A DNA stretch of 64,000 nucleotides from an uncultured Bacteroides sp. (GCF_900547205.1 NZ_URFY01000005.1:58459-122458); one strand, 5' to 3'; shown: positions 1-10,756, counted from the first letter of the stretch. The notes: generated by a model not told the origin, from the letters alone. Translations and numbers: made by a program.

Positions 1-2250
1 TGCTTCTTCCACGTTCTGTGTCAGTAATACATCTCCTGCATTCAATGAGTCAATGGGAGGATACACCCAGATATCCCATGCATTCTTCCACTCGGTTCCC
101 TCAATCGATACGGTGAAGGATAGCTTTGATGCCTTCTTTATTGATTTGAGTTCTGCACGGATATCTCCACATTGTGTAATCGTTCCTTTTGAGATATTCC
201 CCGCATCCAGTCTGCCATCAGCAACCTTCGTCCCTCTCTCGTCCGTCAATTGCCAACTTATCCGTTTACCACTAATAGCCGCATTGGAGTAATTGGCAAC
301 TTCGATGGAAGCAGCAAATGTCTCCTCGCCCGAATAAGTAGCTTTGGCAAAACGCGCCAGCGGAACAACGGGTGCACAGAATTGACGGAAAGCAGAAGCA
401 TCAATCAATCCTTTTGAATCCCAGAAAGCATCTAGCAGACCGACCAATGCCGTGCCCTGCCCGGGGAAGTCATGCAAATCCAACAACTGGAAACCACTGA
501 ACTGCCTAGTCTTCATCGCCCTTTCTATCTCCTCCTTATATAATAGGACTGCCAACTTACCGGATGCTTCCAAGAAATCCTCCGCTTTAGCATACAGTCC
601 TTTCTGCTGCAAATCCTGCTTTATCGCTTTAAAGTTCAACGGGTCGAGCACACCCGTATATTTATCTATTTCTTTCAGATTAGGGTATACAGCATACTGC
701 CCAATCTCATGAGAGACAAGCGGCACATTCATATCCGGCATTGCCGAACTGTAGTCCTTATTGAAGCAAGGCGGCTCACTGTCGAAAATGCCTTGTCCCC
801 TCACCCAACCTTTATCCGTCCATTGAGTAATGAAGAAATCATCTTCCGGTTCGGGCTTCGCCCCATGCCCTTTCTCGAAAGTGAAACTTGTTGTTGTGTA
901 CAGACGCCTGTTGTCCTGCGACTTCATGTACTTAACCATGTCATTGAGCAACTTAAAGTCGGGTTGTAGTTCATTGCCCACACTCATCATACAGAACGAA
1001 GGGTGATTGCCATATGCTTCGACGATTCGGTCAAATTCTCCATAAAGAAACCGGGTCATCGCCTCATCCTTACCCATCGTGTAAGACCAGACCGGCAATT
1101 CCACCTGCAAGTAAAAGCCCAGTTTGTCGGCAACACTAAATGCCGCTTCGGGAGGACACCACGAATGGAAGCGCAAGTGATTCAATCCCCACTCCTTAGC
1201 TGTGGAAAACACTTTCATCCAGCCTTCCTCCGTCATCGGCGGCGTTCCGGTCAGTGGAAAGATGCAGCATTCCAATGTTCCGCGCAGGAAGATTCTATTG
1301 CCATTCACCGTCAGAATGCCTTGACTATTGTCCATCTCACGCATACCGAAAGAGACTTCTTTCTGTGCTGTCTTCTTTCTACCCGATTGGCAAGAGACGG
1401 ATAGCCTATATAAATAAGGTGTAAATTCATCCCACTTCTTTATACCTTCATCCAATGAATAATCATACTCCAACTTCTGAACACCTTCCTTCAAAGTAAC
1501 CGAGATTGCTTTCTTCTTATATTGCTGCCGCCCTTCAGGCTCATCGACCTGCAAGGCTATCTTTGCTTTCTTCGGTTTATCTCCGCTATTCTCTACGGCA
1601 ATAACCACCCGCACCTTCTTGTTCGCAACATCAGGATATACGTTCACCCCCCGGATACTGACTTCTTGCTTAACGGACAGATTCATTTTACCCAGCACTC
1701 CGTTCCACATAATCTGAGTATCATTGGTATAAGCGTGCGCCAAGTTACCGGCAGAGATATCATACCGCTTCCTGTTGTCGATGCGTAAAGTTATTCTGTG
1801 CTTGCCTGCCGACAGCCCTTTCTGAATCAAGTAGCGGTGAGGAGCAATCAAGCTTTCCTGTGCTCCAAGCACTTCTTCTCCGTCAACCCAAAGACGACTT
1901 TGCCACATAACCCTTTCCAAAGAGAGTTCCAACGGTTGCCCTGCCATACTTTTGGGAACGTCAATCTCCCTATTATACCAAGCTGCCCCCACATACGAAT
2001 TCTCGCGAGTAAGTCGAAGCAACTGCGGCTTTTCCAATTTAGGAACAAGCCGGTTGGGAATACCTTTCCCTGCCAAGTCCGTCGTGCCGGGCAGACTTAT
2101 ACTATCGGAGAAAGGTTGCTGATACCACCTTTCCTTCTCCCCCACATCCAAGCTATCCAGAGCCAATGCCCAACTGCCACTCAAATCCATTAAGTTCTGA
2201 GCAGAAGAAATACCGGAGATTCCTAACAATAAGAACAATAAGAATGATTT
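1..2250 (-). CDS. Glycoside hydrolase family 2-like enzyme (beta-galactosidase/beta-mannosidase type), partial: N-terminus in window, C-terminus beyond window start
   Basis: Uninterrupted reverse-strand frame from the ATG at 2250-2248 to the window edge. It is absent from the ORF track because no stop codon lies inside the window. Translation starts MKSFLLFLLLGISGISSAQ (signal peptide). It contains a GH2-like N-terminal sugar-binding region (VGAAWYNREIDVP) and a TIM-barrel acid/base-type motif (NHPSFCMMSVGNELQ). The plus-strand ORFs listed here are short and fragmented. Confidence 0.75.
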
Positions 2251-2270
2251 CATACGCTTCTGTGTTTCAA

Positions 2271-5200
2271 TTAATTCAATAAGCTACGTAGAGCCTGAAT
2301 GCCCTGATGGTTAATATCCATACTTTCCACTTCTTCCAACAACTGCAAGGATTTCTCCTTTCTATTCAATCCCCAATAGCCTAACGTCCTCATATATTCG
2401 CAGTGAATGATATTCCGCAGCGTCAAGTCATCTTCCCAAATCAACAAATCGGGCAAGGATACGGCAAAGTAATCCATTTTTATCTTATCAAACAAATGCT
2501 TTTCACCATAAGAAGTCAACCGATGGAAGCGTCCGTTAGCCTCATCCGTGCGCCCGAGTTTAAGCAATGCCAATCCTTGATAGAAGATTTTGTCGGGCTT
2601 GGCATCGTTATAGTACATGGCAGCGGCAGGTTCGGTAGGTCCAACTGTGGCTTGTTCCCAACATTGAGCGGCTAGTTCTTTTTCGCCCAATGCTTCGTAA
2701 GCACAGCCCATGAAGTAGTAGAAATCGTTCTCCTGTGCACCGTGCAGTTTGCCTTCACCCAGATGATGCGGATATTCCAGACATTCTTTCAATAAAGTTA
2801 TTGCTTCTTTATAATTGCAGGCGGACAGCGCTTTCTTAGCAAGCTCTACGCGGGAGAATTGGTATTGGGCGGAAACTTTCCCTTCACCGCCTTCCCAAGG
2901 ATGGAAGATGTGTGCGTCGAGCAATGTCTTTGCTTTTTCATAGTCGCCCGTCTGATTCAGCAAGGTGATTTCTTCCAATACCAAGTCGTCGCGTTGAGCT
3001 ATCAATGCGGGATATTGTTGCAAGAATGCAAGGCGCTGTGCATGGGGGTGCTGCACACGTTTGTAGAGTTGGTCGAGTTCCATGAGAATGCGTGCATCGG
3101 TGGTGTCGAGCCGGAAAGCACGTTCCATATAGGTGAGTGCTTTTGCACTATCACTTTTCTTATTGAAGTAAGCCAAAGCCAGGTTGCGCCATACGGTTGG
3201 GAAGTTAGCATCCAGTTTCGCAGAAGTTTCCCATGCTTCCATAGCCAGGTCATACTGGCGTTTGTCGTAGTATAAGTTGCCCAGATAGTAGGGTGCTTTC
3301 GCATCCTTCGGATTCTGCTTCATTGCACATTGCAAGGCAAGTATTGCCTCCAAGCGGTTGGGGAAGCAGTAGTCGGGGCTGGCGGACTTTGCACTGGCAA
3401 ATGCCTGTTCCGCACCGGGAAGATTACCTTGAACGAGGTTCCATCCCAAGTAATAGTACGTCATCGGAGTAATGGCGCCTTCATTGATGGCTACATTCCA
3501 TAAGGCGGCAGCTTCCTGCCAACAGCCGGCTGCGCAATAGTCGAGGGCTATCTCATCGTAGTTGTGGGCTTCAGCGCGCATCATTACCCGCAAGGTATTC
3601 AAGTCTTCGACATCTCCCGTCAGCAGATACTTCTCGTAGCGGCAGCCAAAGTTGAACTTATCAATTGCCAATGAATCTTCTATCAATTGCAGGGCTTCCG
3701 CTGCTCTATCCATTTGGCGGAGAAGAGTTGCTTTCAGTGCACGCGCTTTATGATTGTGCCAGTTACGGATGAGCGAACGGTTCACTTCTTCCAACGCATC
3801 CTCCAAACGGCCTTGCATAGTAGATATCTGTGCACAGGCAAAATAGCCTGCATCCTGCCAAGATCCGTTCCAACAAGATTTATAGAATCGGTCGTAGGCT
3901 TGCTGATAACGCCCCTGATATTTCAGGGCAAGTCCCAGATTATAGAGAGGTTCGCCGTCGTATGGATTGGGGTTTCGCTTTTGCAGTGCCTTTACGGCTG
4001 TCAGCAGGTATTGCTCCGCCCGATGGAACCGACCTTTGCGGATATACCACAGACCCAGTGCGTTATTATTGCGCACATCAATCGGGTCGCGGCGCAATGC
4101 TTCTTCGTAGTAGTCTACGGGATTGTACGTAGCGTGCCTGTATTGCTCCAGATGCAGACCGGTCAGATAGAGTTGTTCGGTGGTCTTAATCTCTTCCGGC
4201 AATAAGGCAGCTTCGGCAGCATCAGGGATGGGTTTTATATCTTCCGGCTCGGCGTGCCAGTAAAGGAGTTCTTTGCCGTTTGCCGTGATTTCAAGGCTGA
4301 GGTTATTCAATGGCTCGCCGGATACATGGATGGTTTCGTCCAGCAGCGCTTCGGGAGTAATGGTAATCGTTTTGTTATAGTAGATTTTAGCGCCATCGCC
4401 CTTTAGCACAACATTCACCGTTTGTCGGGAAGTGGCGAATACTTTCAATCGAACACTGCCGTCTCCCTCCGGTTCGATATTCATCAGTAAATCGCGGCTT
4501 GCATTCTTCACTACTCCCAGTTCGCGATAAGGCAGGAAGTATTGCACGAAGCTCTTTTCTTCGTAAGGTTGCAGCCACGAGAAGTCCGGTTGATTCTCGG
4601 TGTATACACCCGCCATCAATTCAATATACGGTCCGTCTTCATCCGTCAGATTGCGGTCCCAGGCACGACCGAAGTCGCCATTGCCCCATGTCCATTGTTT
4701 CTTGCCCGGCGCAATGTGATGATTGGCTACGTGGAGCATACCTGCACGAGTGTCATTCTCATAACCGCCCTCAAAATTGAAACGGGAGTTCACCGCCATA
4801 TACGAAGTGGGTACTTTGATATTCTTATAGTTCGAGATATCCACCCCGGCAGAATAATCCATCTTATAGTAAGTGCCCGTAGCGATAGGGAAACTGGAAA
4901 CGGCACGCTTGCCATGGTCGAACACCGCATTGATATCGGGCGGGAAAACGCTCTGGTAATGTTCATTCACGGCTACGGCAGGGTTTGCCCACCACAGGAA
5001 GGTTTGCGGCACATCGGTACGGTTGTAGAGCACGCCTTTCACTTCGAGGAACGCACACCCCGGACGGAGCGTGAAACCTGCCATGCCTTTCTGATGAAAC
5101 ATCCGCTCCATCTCGTTCACCCACACCGTGACGCTGCCGTCGGCATTCTCTTCTATTGCCGTATCTACGGGCATATAAGTGCTGGGGCGATGATGTTGAG

Positions 5201-5552
5201 GCCAATTGAACTCGATTCCTCCCGAAATCCACGGACCTGCCAGTCCTACCAGAGCGGGTTTTATCACGTGATTGTAGTAGATGAAGTGCCGCTCCTTGAT
5301 TTTATCGTAAGCCATTTGCACACGTCCACCCAACTCGGGCAGAATCATTACTTTGATATACTCGTTTTCTATATAGACTGCTTCGTATTCCTTATCCGTC
5401 TTTTCGTCAGAGATAGATTCTATCACGGGATAAGGATACACCGCCCCGCTGCTACCCTGATAGACGCGCTTCTCCAGGAAAATAGGATTCTTTTCGGGCG
5501 TACCAACCTCATAGGTAGGAATCACTACCTGTTCTTTCCATGCTTTTACCAT
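2271..5552 (-). CDS. DUF5107-like domain protein with C-terminal tetratricopeptide (TPR) repeats, function unknown
   Basis: 1093-aa ORF with an ATG start at 5552-5550. The N-terminal ~350 aa have a beta-sandwich/epimerase-like character. The remainder is rich in TPR-like repeats (LGLALKYQGRYQQAYDRFYKS, YYLGNLYYDKRQYDLAMEAWE). Size and architecture match Bacteroides DUF5107 proteins as recalled. It lies 21 bp upstream of the GH2 gene on the same strand. Confidence 0.75.
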   Translation of the reverse strand: MVKAWKEQVVIPTYEVGTPEKNPIFLEKRVYQGSSGAVYPYPVIESISDEKTDKEYEAVYIENEYIKVMILPELGGRVQMAYDKIKERHFIYYNHVIKPALVGLAGPWISGGIEFNWPQHHRPSTYMPVDTAIEENADGSVTVWVNEMERMFHQKGMAGFTLRPGCAFLEVKGVLYNRTDVPQTFLWWANPAVAVNEHYQSVFPPDINAVFDHGKRAVSSFPIATGTYYKMDYSAGVDISNYKNIKVPTSYMAVNSRFNFEGGYENDTRAGMLHVANHHIAPGKKQWTWGNGDFGRAWDRNLTDEDGPYIELMAGVYTENQPDFSWLQPYEEKSFVQYFLPYRELGVVKNASRDLLMNIEPEGDGSVRLKVFATSRQTVNVVLKGDGAKIYYNKTITITPEALLDETIHVSGEPLNNLSLEITANGKELLYWHAEPEDIKPIPDAAEAALLPEEIKTTEQLYLTGLHLEQYRHATYNPVDYYEEALRRDPIDVRNNNALGLWYIRKGRFHRAEQYLLTAVKALQKRNPNPYDGEPLYNLGLALKYQGRYQQAYDRFYKSCWNGSWQDAGYFACAQISTMQGRLEDALEEVNRSLIRNWHNHKARALKATLLRQMDRAAEALQLIEDSLAIDKFNFGCRYEKYLLTGDVEDLNTLRVMMRAEAHNYDEIALDYCAAGCWQEAAALWNVAINEGAITPMTYYYLGWNLVQGNLPGAEQAFASAKSASPDYCFPNRLEAILALQCAMKQNPKDAKAPYYLGNLYYDKRQYDLAMEAWETSAKLDANFPTVWRNLALAYFNKKSDSAKALTYMERAFRLDTTDARILMELDQLYKRVQHPHAQRLAFLQQYPALIAQRDDLVLEEITLLNQTGDYEKAKTLLDAHIFHPWEGGEGKVSAQYQFSRVELAKKALSACNYKEAITLLKECLEYPHHLGEGKLHGAQENDFYYFMGCAYEALGEKELAAQCWEQATVGPTEPAAAMYYNDAKPDKIFYQGLALLKLGRTDEANGRFHRLTSYGEKHLFDKIKMDYFAVSLPDLLIWEDDLTLRNIIHCEYMRTLGYWGLNRKEKSLQLLEEVESMDINHQGIQALRSLLN

Positions 5553-5608
5553 GACATTGCTGATTATATATTTTTAGTTATTAGATGCATTGACGGGCAT
5601 ACCGCCCA

Positions 5609-6991
5609 CTATTTCACCAACTCCTTCTCCAGTGTTTCCAGCGATTTCCCTTTTGTTTCGGGTAGCGCCCGGAAGAGGAAAACGAAACCCGCCACACAGA
5701 TAGCCGAATAAATCCAGAATGTGCCGTAACTACCCAACGCACTGTTGAGCAACGGGAAAGTATACGTCAGCGTGAAACTTCCTACCCACAGAGCGAACGT
5801 GCAAGTTGCCATAGCCACCCCGCGTATCCGATTGGGGAATATCTCGGCAAGCAATACCCACGTGATAGGTCCCAGCGACATGGCATAGCAAGCAATTGCC
5901 ATCACCACCAATACCACCATGAAGAAGCCGCTCACCTCGAAAAAGTAACACGTCCCGAGGACGAGATAGATGCCCGCCAGTCCTCCTGCGCCCAAAAGCA
6001 TCAAGGCTCGGCGCCCTAAACGCTCCACTGTATAGATTGCCACAAAGGTAAAGATGACATTCGCCACACCGGTCACTACAATATTGAAGAGTACATCCCC
6101 CAGCGAATAGCCTGCCGACTGGAATATCTCCTGTGCATAATTGAAAATCACATTCGTGCCACACCATTGCTGGAACACCGCCACCACAACGCCCAGCACG
6201 AGCACCTTGCGGAACGGACGGCTAAACAACTGCTTCAATCCTCCTTCCGACTGGGCAGCGCTTGTTGCTTCTACCATCCGGAGTTCTTGCTCCGCATAGC
6301 CATCGCCCCCTATTTTGCCAAGCACGCTCCATGCTCTCTTTCTCTGTCCGTTCACTGCCAGCCAACGAGGACTCTCCGGAATAAAAAAGGCAAGCAAAAA
6401 GAATAACGCCGCCGGAAAGGCTTCCGCCCAAAACATCCAACGCCACCCCATCTGCCCATTCCACGAGGCACAAATATCCGCCGTAGCAGAATCGGCAGGA
6501 ATAGGTTCGGCAATCAGCCAATTTACTATTTGTGCGCCCAGAATACCGAGTACTATCGTCAACTGATTCAGCGAAACGAGCTTGCCGCGAATAGGTGTCG
6601 GAGATACTTCGGCAATATACATCGGCGACAATCCCGAAGCTATCCCAATCCCGATGCCACCCAGAAAGCGGGCGGCAAGAAACCAACTGAACGCGGAGAA
6701 AGCTCCCGTGGCATAGGCAGAAGCCAAGAAGATGAATGCCGAGATTAATAAAAGCGGTTTGCGTCCGTAACGGTCTGCCATCATGCCCGCCACCATGGCG
6801 CCTATCAAGCAACCGAGCAGAGCTATGCTCATCGCCAGTCCTTGCATTGCGGGCAAATCGGCTATATCGAAATAAAGTTCGTAGAAAGGCTTCGCCCCTC
6901 CTATCACCACCCAGTCGTAGCCGAAAAGAAGCCCGCCCAGCGCGGAGACTAAACAAATGAAGTAAACAAACCTTTTATTGTAGCTTTTCAT
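5609..6991 (-). CDS. MFS sugar porter family transporter (sugar:H+ symporter)
   Basis: Twelve-TM pattern with sugar-porter signatures (GRKPLL, PESPRWL, FQQWCGTNVIFNYA, VAMATCTFALW). The likely start is the internal ATG (MKSYNKRFVYFICLVSALGGLLFGYD) at 6991 rather than the ORF-track start at 7045. It is first in the MFS-DUF5107-GH2 minus-strand run and divergent from an AraC regulator. Confidence 0.85.
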   Translation of the reverse strand: MKSYNKRFVYFICLVSALGGLLFGYDWVVIGGAKPFYELYFDIADLPAMQGLAMSIALLGCLIGAMVAGMMADRYGRKPLLLISAFIFLASAYATGAFSAFSWFLAARFLGGIGIGIASGLSPMYIAEVSPTPIRGKLVSLNQLTIVLGILGAQIVNWLIAEPIPADSATADICASWNGQMGWRWMFWAEAFPAALFFLLAFFIPESPRWLAVNGQRKRAWSVLGKIGGDGYAEQELRMVEATSAAQSEGGLKQLFSRPFRKVLVLGVVVAVFQQWCGTNVIFNYAQEIFQSAGYSLGDVLFNIVVTGVANVIFTFVAIYTVERLGRRALMLLGAGGLAGIYLVLGTCYFFEVSGFFMVVLVVMAIACYAMSLGPITWVLLAEIFPNRIRGVAMATCTFALWVGSFTLTYTFPLLNSALGSYGTFWIYSAICVAGFVFLFRALPETKGKSLETLEKELVK

Positions 6992-7122
6992 ATCATTAGA
7001 AGTTTGATTAATTGATGTTGCAAAGATAGAGGATGCGCGGTGCATAAAAAATAGAATAACATCCGATAAAGATGGACAATCTTATTTTCTTCCGTTTATT
7101 TGATAGATAGCGGACATTGTTA

Positions 7123-7130
7123 TATATTTG
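7123..7130 (+). promoter_or_regulatory. Bacteroides-type -7 box (TAtaTTTG) with TTTG about 20 bp upstream (near 7099-7102); promoter of the AraC-family regulator
   Basis: tatatttg matches the Bacteroides sigma-A -7 consensus TAnnTTTG. Spacing to the upstream TTTG is about 20 bp. The first ATG downstream is at 7145. The ORF-track start at 7100 is a TTG lying upstream of this box and is therefore unlikely. Confidence 0.5.
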
Positions 7131-7144
7131 CGCAGGACAGTCTA

Positions 7145-8056
7145 ATGATATACTATGAAACTATGGTAAAGTTAAAAGATGGATTTACCGGAGAAAGGGC
7201 TTTAGTGCTTCCCCGCATCATTGTCGATAAGATGGAGGACGACCCGCTGACCTCCATGCTCCACATCACCGACATCGGGTATTATCCGAAGGCAAAGCAC
7301 CACTTCCGCGAACGAACAGAACCCGTCAACCAATATGTATTTATCTATTGCATCGACGGCGCCGGATGGTATCGCATCGGCGATCAGGAATACACGGTGT
7401 CTGCCAACCAATACTTCATTCTTCCCGCGGGAGTGCCCCATGCTTACGCTTCCGACAAGTCTTGCCCATGGACTATTTACTGGATACACTTTAAAGGAAT
7501 CCTTGCACCGCACTATGCACAGGAGGCGGGCAGACCGATGGATATTCAGCCCGAACAGCACTCGCGCATCAGCACGCGGATTAATCTGTTTGAAGAAATA
7601 TTCAATACGCTAAAGAACGGATATAGCAACGAGAACCTGCGGTATGCTTTCTCCATGTTCCAGTTTTATCTGGGCACGTTGAGGTATGTACAGCAGTTTC
7701 GCAATGCCGCCTCCGGCAACGCCCCGATAGAGGATGAAAATGTAAGCGAACTGGCAATCCATTACATGAAAGAAAATATGGAGAAGCGGCTGAGCCTGCA
7801 AAACATAGCCGACCAGATAGGGTATTCGCCTTCACACTTCTCCATGCTGTTTAAAAAGAAAACGGGACATAGCCCGCTGACGTACTTCAATCTATTGAAG
7901 ATTCAACAAGCCTGCCTGCTGCTCGATACCACGGATATGAAAATAAATCAGGTGTGCTATAAGATAGGTATAGAAGATACGTATTACTTTTCCCGCTTGT
8001 TCAGCAAGATAATGGGGATGTCGCCAAGGGAATATCGCAGGTCGAAGAAGGGGTAA
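7145..8056 (+). CDS. AraC family transcriptional regulator (N-terminal cupin-like sugar-binding domain, C-terminal AraC HTH)
   Basis: C-terminus carries a classic AraC-type HTH (LSLQNIADQIGYSPSHFSMLFKKKTGHSPLTYFNLLKIQQACLLLDTTDMKINQVCYKIGIEDTYYFSRLFSKIMGMSPREYRR). The N-terminus has a cupin motif (YFILPAGVPHAY). It is divergent from the MFS/DUF5107/GH2 operon. Confidence 0.85.
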   Translation: MIYYETMVKLKDGFTGERALVLPRIIVDKMEDDPLTSMLHITDIGYYPKAKHHFRERTEPVNQYVFIYCIDGAGWYRIGDQEYTVSANQYFILPAGVPHAYASDKSCPWTIYWIHFKGILAPHYAQEAGRPMDIQPEQHSRISTRINLFEEIFNTLKNGYSNENLRYAFSMFQFYLGTLRYVQQFRNAASGNAPIEDENVSELAIHYMKENMEKRLSLQNIADQIGYSPSHFSMLFKKKTGHSPLTYFNLLKIQQACLLLDTTDMKINQVCYKIGIEDTYYFSRLFSKIMGMSPREYRRSKKG

Positions 8057-8082
8057 TGCCGGGCTGGTTTTCGTTTGCCGCC

Positions 8083-8126
8083 TTACGAAAAAGAACGAGC
8101 TGCCTTGCGAAAAAGAACGAGCTGCC
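8083..8126. repeat. Perfect tandem direct repeat 2 x 22 bp (tTacgaaaaagaacgagctgcc / tTgcgaaaaagaacgagctgcc)
   Basis: Read directly. The two adjacent copies differ at one position. They sit immediately downstream of the AraC-regulator stop codon. Confidence 0.8.
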
Positions 8127-8150
8127 GTTCCAAGAAATGTTTCACGGCGC

Positions 8151-8310
8151 GGAACTTTAGTTTCAGCGGCTTGAAACTGTAGTTTCACCGGCTTGAAACT
8201 CTGGTTCCAGCGGCTTGAAACTAAAGTTCCAAAGGCTCTGGAACTACAGTTTCAAGCAATGGGAACTACAGTTTCAAACCTTTGGAACTCTGGTTTCAAG
8301 CAATGAAACT
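8151..8310. repeat. Tandem array (about 7.5 units, about 22-bp period) of 14-bp palindromes GAAACT-NN-AGTTTC separated by gcggcttg-like linkers
   Basis: Read directly, for example ggcttGAAACTgtAGTTTCaccggcttGAAACTctGGTTCCagcggcttGAAACTaaAGTTCCaaaggctctGGAACTacAGTTTCaagcaatgGGAACTacAGTTTCaaacctttGGAACTctGGTTTCaagcaatgaaact. The array lies in the convergent 3' intergenic region between the AraC regulator and the GH84 gene. Confidence 0.8.
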
Positions 8311-8345
8311 AATTCAGGTCTTATAGGACGACTTTATGGGGTCGC

Positions 8346-10568
8346 TTACTTCTTGTCAATAGTCAGTACAAACTGGCGCAGATATACCTGTTGCTCGTCA
8401 TTGCTTGTATTCACAAAGCGGATAAACTTAATGGGAGCTTTTTGCAATCGTGCCGTCAGTCGGGCATCCTTTTGCTGCAACTCTATCGCTTTCCATTCTT
8501 TACCGTCAGTAGAAATCTCAAAGCGTCCCCAAGTACATGGTTCTTTCTTTCCGAAATTAATGTCGATGCTTTCTGCCGGATAAGTAGCATCCAGTTCCAA
8601 TTCGATGTAGTTTCCTGCAGGCCATTTCACTACTTCGTTCATCGGAGAGATAAGGATACGGTTTGCCTTGAGTTGCAGCGGCAGGTTCTTTATCTGCTCG
8701 ATGTTGCTGTTGAGCTTATGCGGCATATAGTCCGTTTTTGCATCCAACCGGGTTCCGTTCTTCTTGTTAAATCGCTCGACGGCAGTAGCAAATGTACGGT
8801 CCACCAGTGGTTTAAGTACCCGACTGGCTACCTTCACTCCCGGTTGATAAGGATTTTGGTTGTATGTCTGGTCAGTAGAGAACATCCGTTGTTGCAATGC
8901 CTTCACGTGGTTGTACTTACGCATGAAATCGGCGCTTGAGTCGCGTTCCTGACTTTCTGCCATCTTCAACACCTCTTCTCCGGTTTCCGCCAGCAATTTA
9001 AACTGATAGAGCCAGGGAGTGATTTCTTCAATCAACGGTTTATTTTCGGTGTTGGTCAACAGGATATCAGCCGATTCCGCCATCCGTTCAAAGGTATTCA
9101 TGAGGGCTTCATAATCTTCCTGGTCATAGTTGCCATTCTCGGCATAGACTTTGAGAAAGCGGTTGGCAACAGGCTGGATATTCTGAGATTCTTCGCGACG
9201 GTATCCATGTCCGTTGACTCCCAAGTCGGAGTTGTGGATGGCGAAGCATTCAAGTTCTTCGGCTGCACCGGGCAGTATGGTGCGGATGGCATCTTTCCAT
9301 GCTTGCCAAGTGTCGTACTTTGTAGGATTCCAAGCATAGCTTGCCACGCTGAAGATAGCAATTTTGGATGCTTCGGCGTGTTCCATCGGGTTGGTGACGA
9401 AGCCGGACATCTGTTTTGCAATGGTTGTATCGTTGCCATACACAGGTCCGAGCAGCAAGTGGTCGCGTACGTAATCGGATACGGGGAAGTTCCACCAGAT
9501 GTAAGCCGGACGTTTGATGCGTTCGTTAATCCATTCAATGCCGTCACGGGTAATATTCGAAATCACGCGGTCGCCCGTCCACATAATCTGGATGGATGGG
9601 TTTAGCTTTTCGCCCAACGTAGTGAGGTAGTTGCCTTTAGGGTTGGACCAACTCTTGTTGTACTCCGTGGGGCACATCACAAGTGGCGTAACGTCCGGTT
9701 TCGTCTGCACGAATTTCTCGTCAATGTAGTTCAGCAACTCGGCTTGCTTCTGTGGATTGGTTCCTTCGCCGGATATATCATCGAAGAATACGGCAAACGA
9801 ACGGACACCGAGTTGATACATCTTCTCGAACTTGAAGAGCAGGTTGTCGCGGTCTTCCTGGTTCCACTTGATGTCTTGTCCCGGATGGATGGCCCACACG
9901 AAATCTACTTCGTTCTCGTTGGCTACGGTCACCAGCTCGCGCAGTTGTGCCGCTTCCTTGTCAGGATAAGGCAGACGCCAGTTGGGGGAGCTGTGGTACG
10001 GGTCGTCTTTCGGACCGTATATATAGGTATTCATCTTGTTCTTGCCATAAAACTTTAGTTGGCTGAGGCGTGCCTGATGGCTCCAAGGGGTTCCGTAGAA
10101 TCCTTCTACCACGCCACGATAGCGCACGGAAGGATAATCTTTAATCGTCACAACGGGCAGTTTCCTGTTTTTCAGCAGTTGCAAAAGTGTCTGCATGGCA
10201 TAGTAAGTACCTCGCTCGTCGTTTCCTGCGAGCACGATTTCTTTCTCGTTCACCGACAGGTAGTAGCCTTCTTCCTGCTTAGGTATCAGGCGGCTATACT
10301 TACGCACGCTCTTGTCTCCCTTCTCTCCGATAATGATGCGAAGCCCTTGCCGGGTGCTTTGCTTGCCGACAAACATTTCTTTCAAGAGTTCGACGGCATG
10401 GGGATTGGCTTCCGTCTCGCCTTCCAACTGGTAGATGGCGGGAAGGTCGATGGTTTGATCCTGAACGATAAGTTCCTGGGGTTGAGGTTGCAGACTAACA
10501 TTCTGCGCAAACACGGTTACGGTAGACAGGAGAGAGACTCCCAATAAATAAATCTTGTTGTTTCTCAT
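8346..10568 (-). CDS. GH84 family beta-N-acetylglucosaminidase (O-GlcNAcase-like) with C-terminal carbohydrate-binding/F5-8-like domain
   Basis: Highly similar, from memory, to the characterised B. thetaiotaomicron GH84 O-GlcNAcase (BT4395). The catalytic region has [35 protein letters not shown] and the DD catalytic pair in [12 protein letters not shown]. Signal peptide [22 protein letters not shown] starts from the ATG at 10568; the ORF-track start at 10595 is further upstream. Confidence 0.9.
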   Translation of the reverse strand: MRNNKIYLLGVSLLSTVTVFAQNVSLQPQPQELIVQDQTIDLPAIYQLEGETEANPHAVELLKEMFVGKQSTRQGLRIIIGEKGDKSVRKYSRLIPKQEEGYYLSVNEKEIVLAGNDERGTYYAMQTLLQLLKNRKLPVVTIKDYPSVRYRGVVEGFYGTPWSHQARLSQLKFYGKNKMNTYIYGPKDDPYHSSPNWRLPYPDKEAAQLRELVTVANENEVDFVWAIHPGQDIKWNQEDRDNLLFKFEKMYQLGVRSFAVFFDDISGEGTNPQKQAELLNYIDEKFVQTKPDVTPLVMCPTEYNKSWSNPKGNYLTTLGEKLNPSIQIMWTGDRVISNITRDGIEWINERIKRPAYIWWNFPVSDYVRDHLLLGPVYGNDTTIAKQMSGFVTNPMEHAEASKIAIFSVASYAWNPTKYDTWQAWKDAIRTILPGAAEELECFAIHNSDLGVNGHGYRREESQNIQPVANRFLKVYAENGNYDQEDYEALMNTFERMAESADILLTNTENKPLIEEITPWLYQFKLLAETGEEVLKMAESQERDSSADFMRKYNHVKALQQRMFSTDQTYNQNPYQPGVKVASRVLKPLVDRTFATAVERFNKKNGTRLDAKTDYMPHKLNSNIEQIKNLPLQLKANRILISPMNEVVKWPAGNYIELELDATYPAESIDINFGKKEPCTWGRFEISTDGKEWKAIELQQKDARLTARLQKAPIKFIRFVNTSNDEQQVYLRQFVLTIDKK

Positions 10569-10756
10569 TAGTAGTTGTAATAATGGGGGATACATAACTT
10601 ATATTATTGCGCAAAGAAATACAAATTTATCAAACCAAGCAAGTTAAAGAGTGCATATAACGCAATATTTCGCAGAAAAAAGGAGCATAAGCCTTATATT
10701 TTAATAATTCTTTTCTATCTTCGCAGCTCAAAAATCCCCTTTAAGTTAATCTGAAT

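Noticed and set aside
4542-5711. 389-aa plus-strand ORF
   Set aside because: It lies entirely antisense within the DUF5107/TPR gene and is His/Arg-rich low complexity. The same applies to other long antisense ORFs: 16163-17044 within the POT transporter, 14121-14771 within obg, 11024-11644 within GH20, 52342-53274 within GH89, 45418-46017 within the alkaline phosphatase gene and 6222-6956 inside the MFS gene.
7100-7144. ORF-track start of the AraC regulator at 7100
   Set aside because: The codon is TTG and lies upstream of the identified TTTG/TAtaTTTG promoter elements. The ATG at 7145 is the first start downstream of the -7 box.
8151-8310. Possible CRISPR array or coding repeat
   Set aside because: Units are about 22 bp, each a palindrome plus a linker, with no distinct spacers. 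No ORF is supported: the overlapping 122-aa plus-strand ORF at 8215-8583 runs antisense into the GH84 gene and is low complexity.
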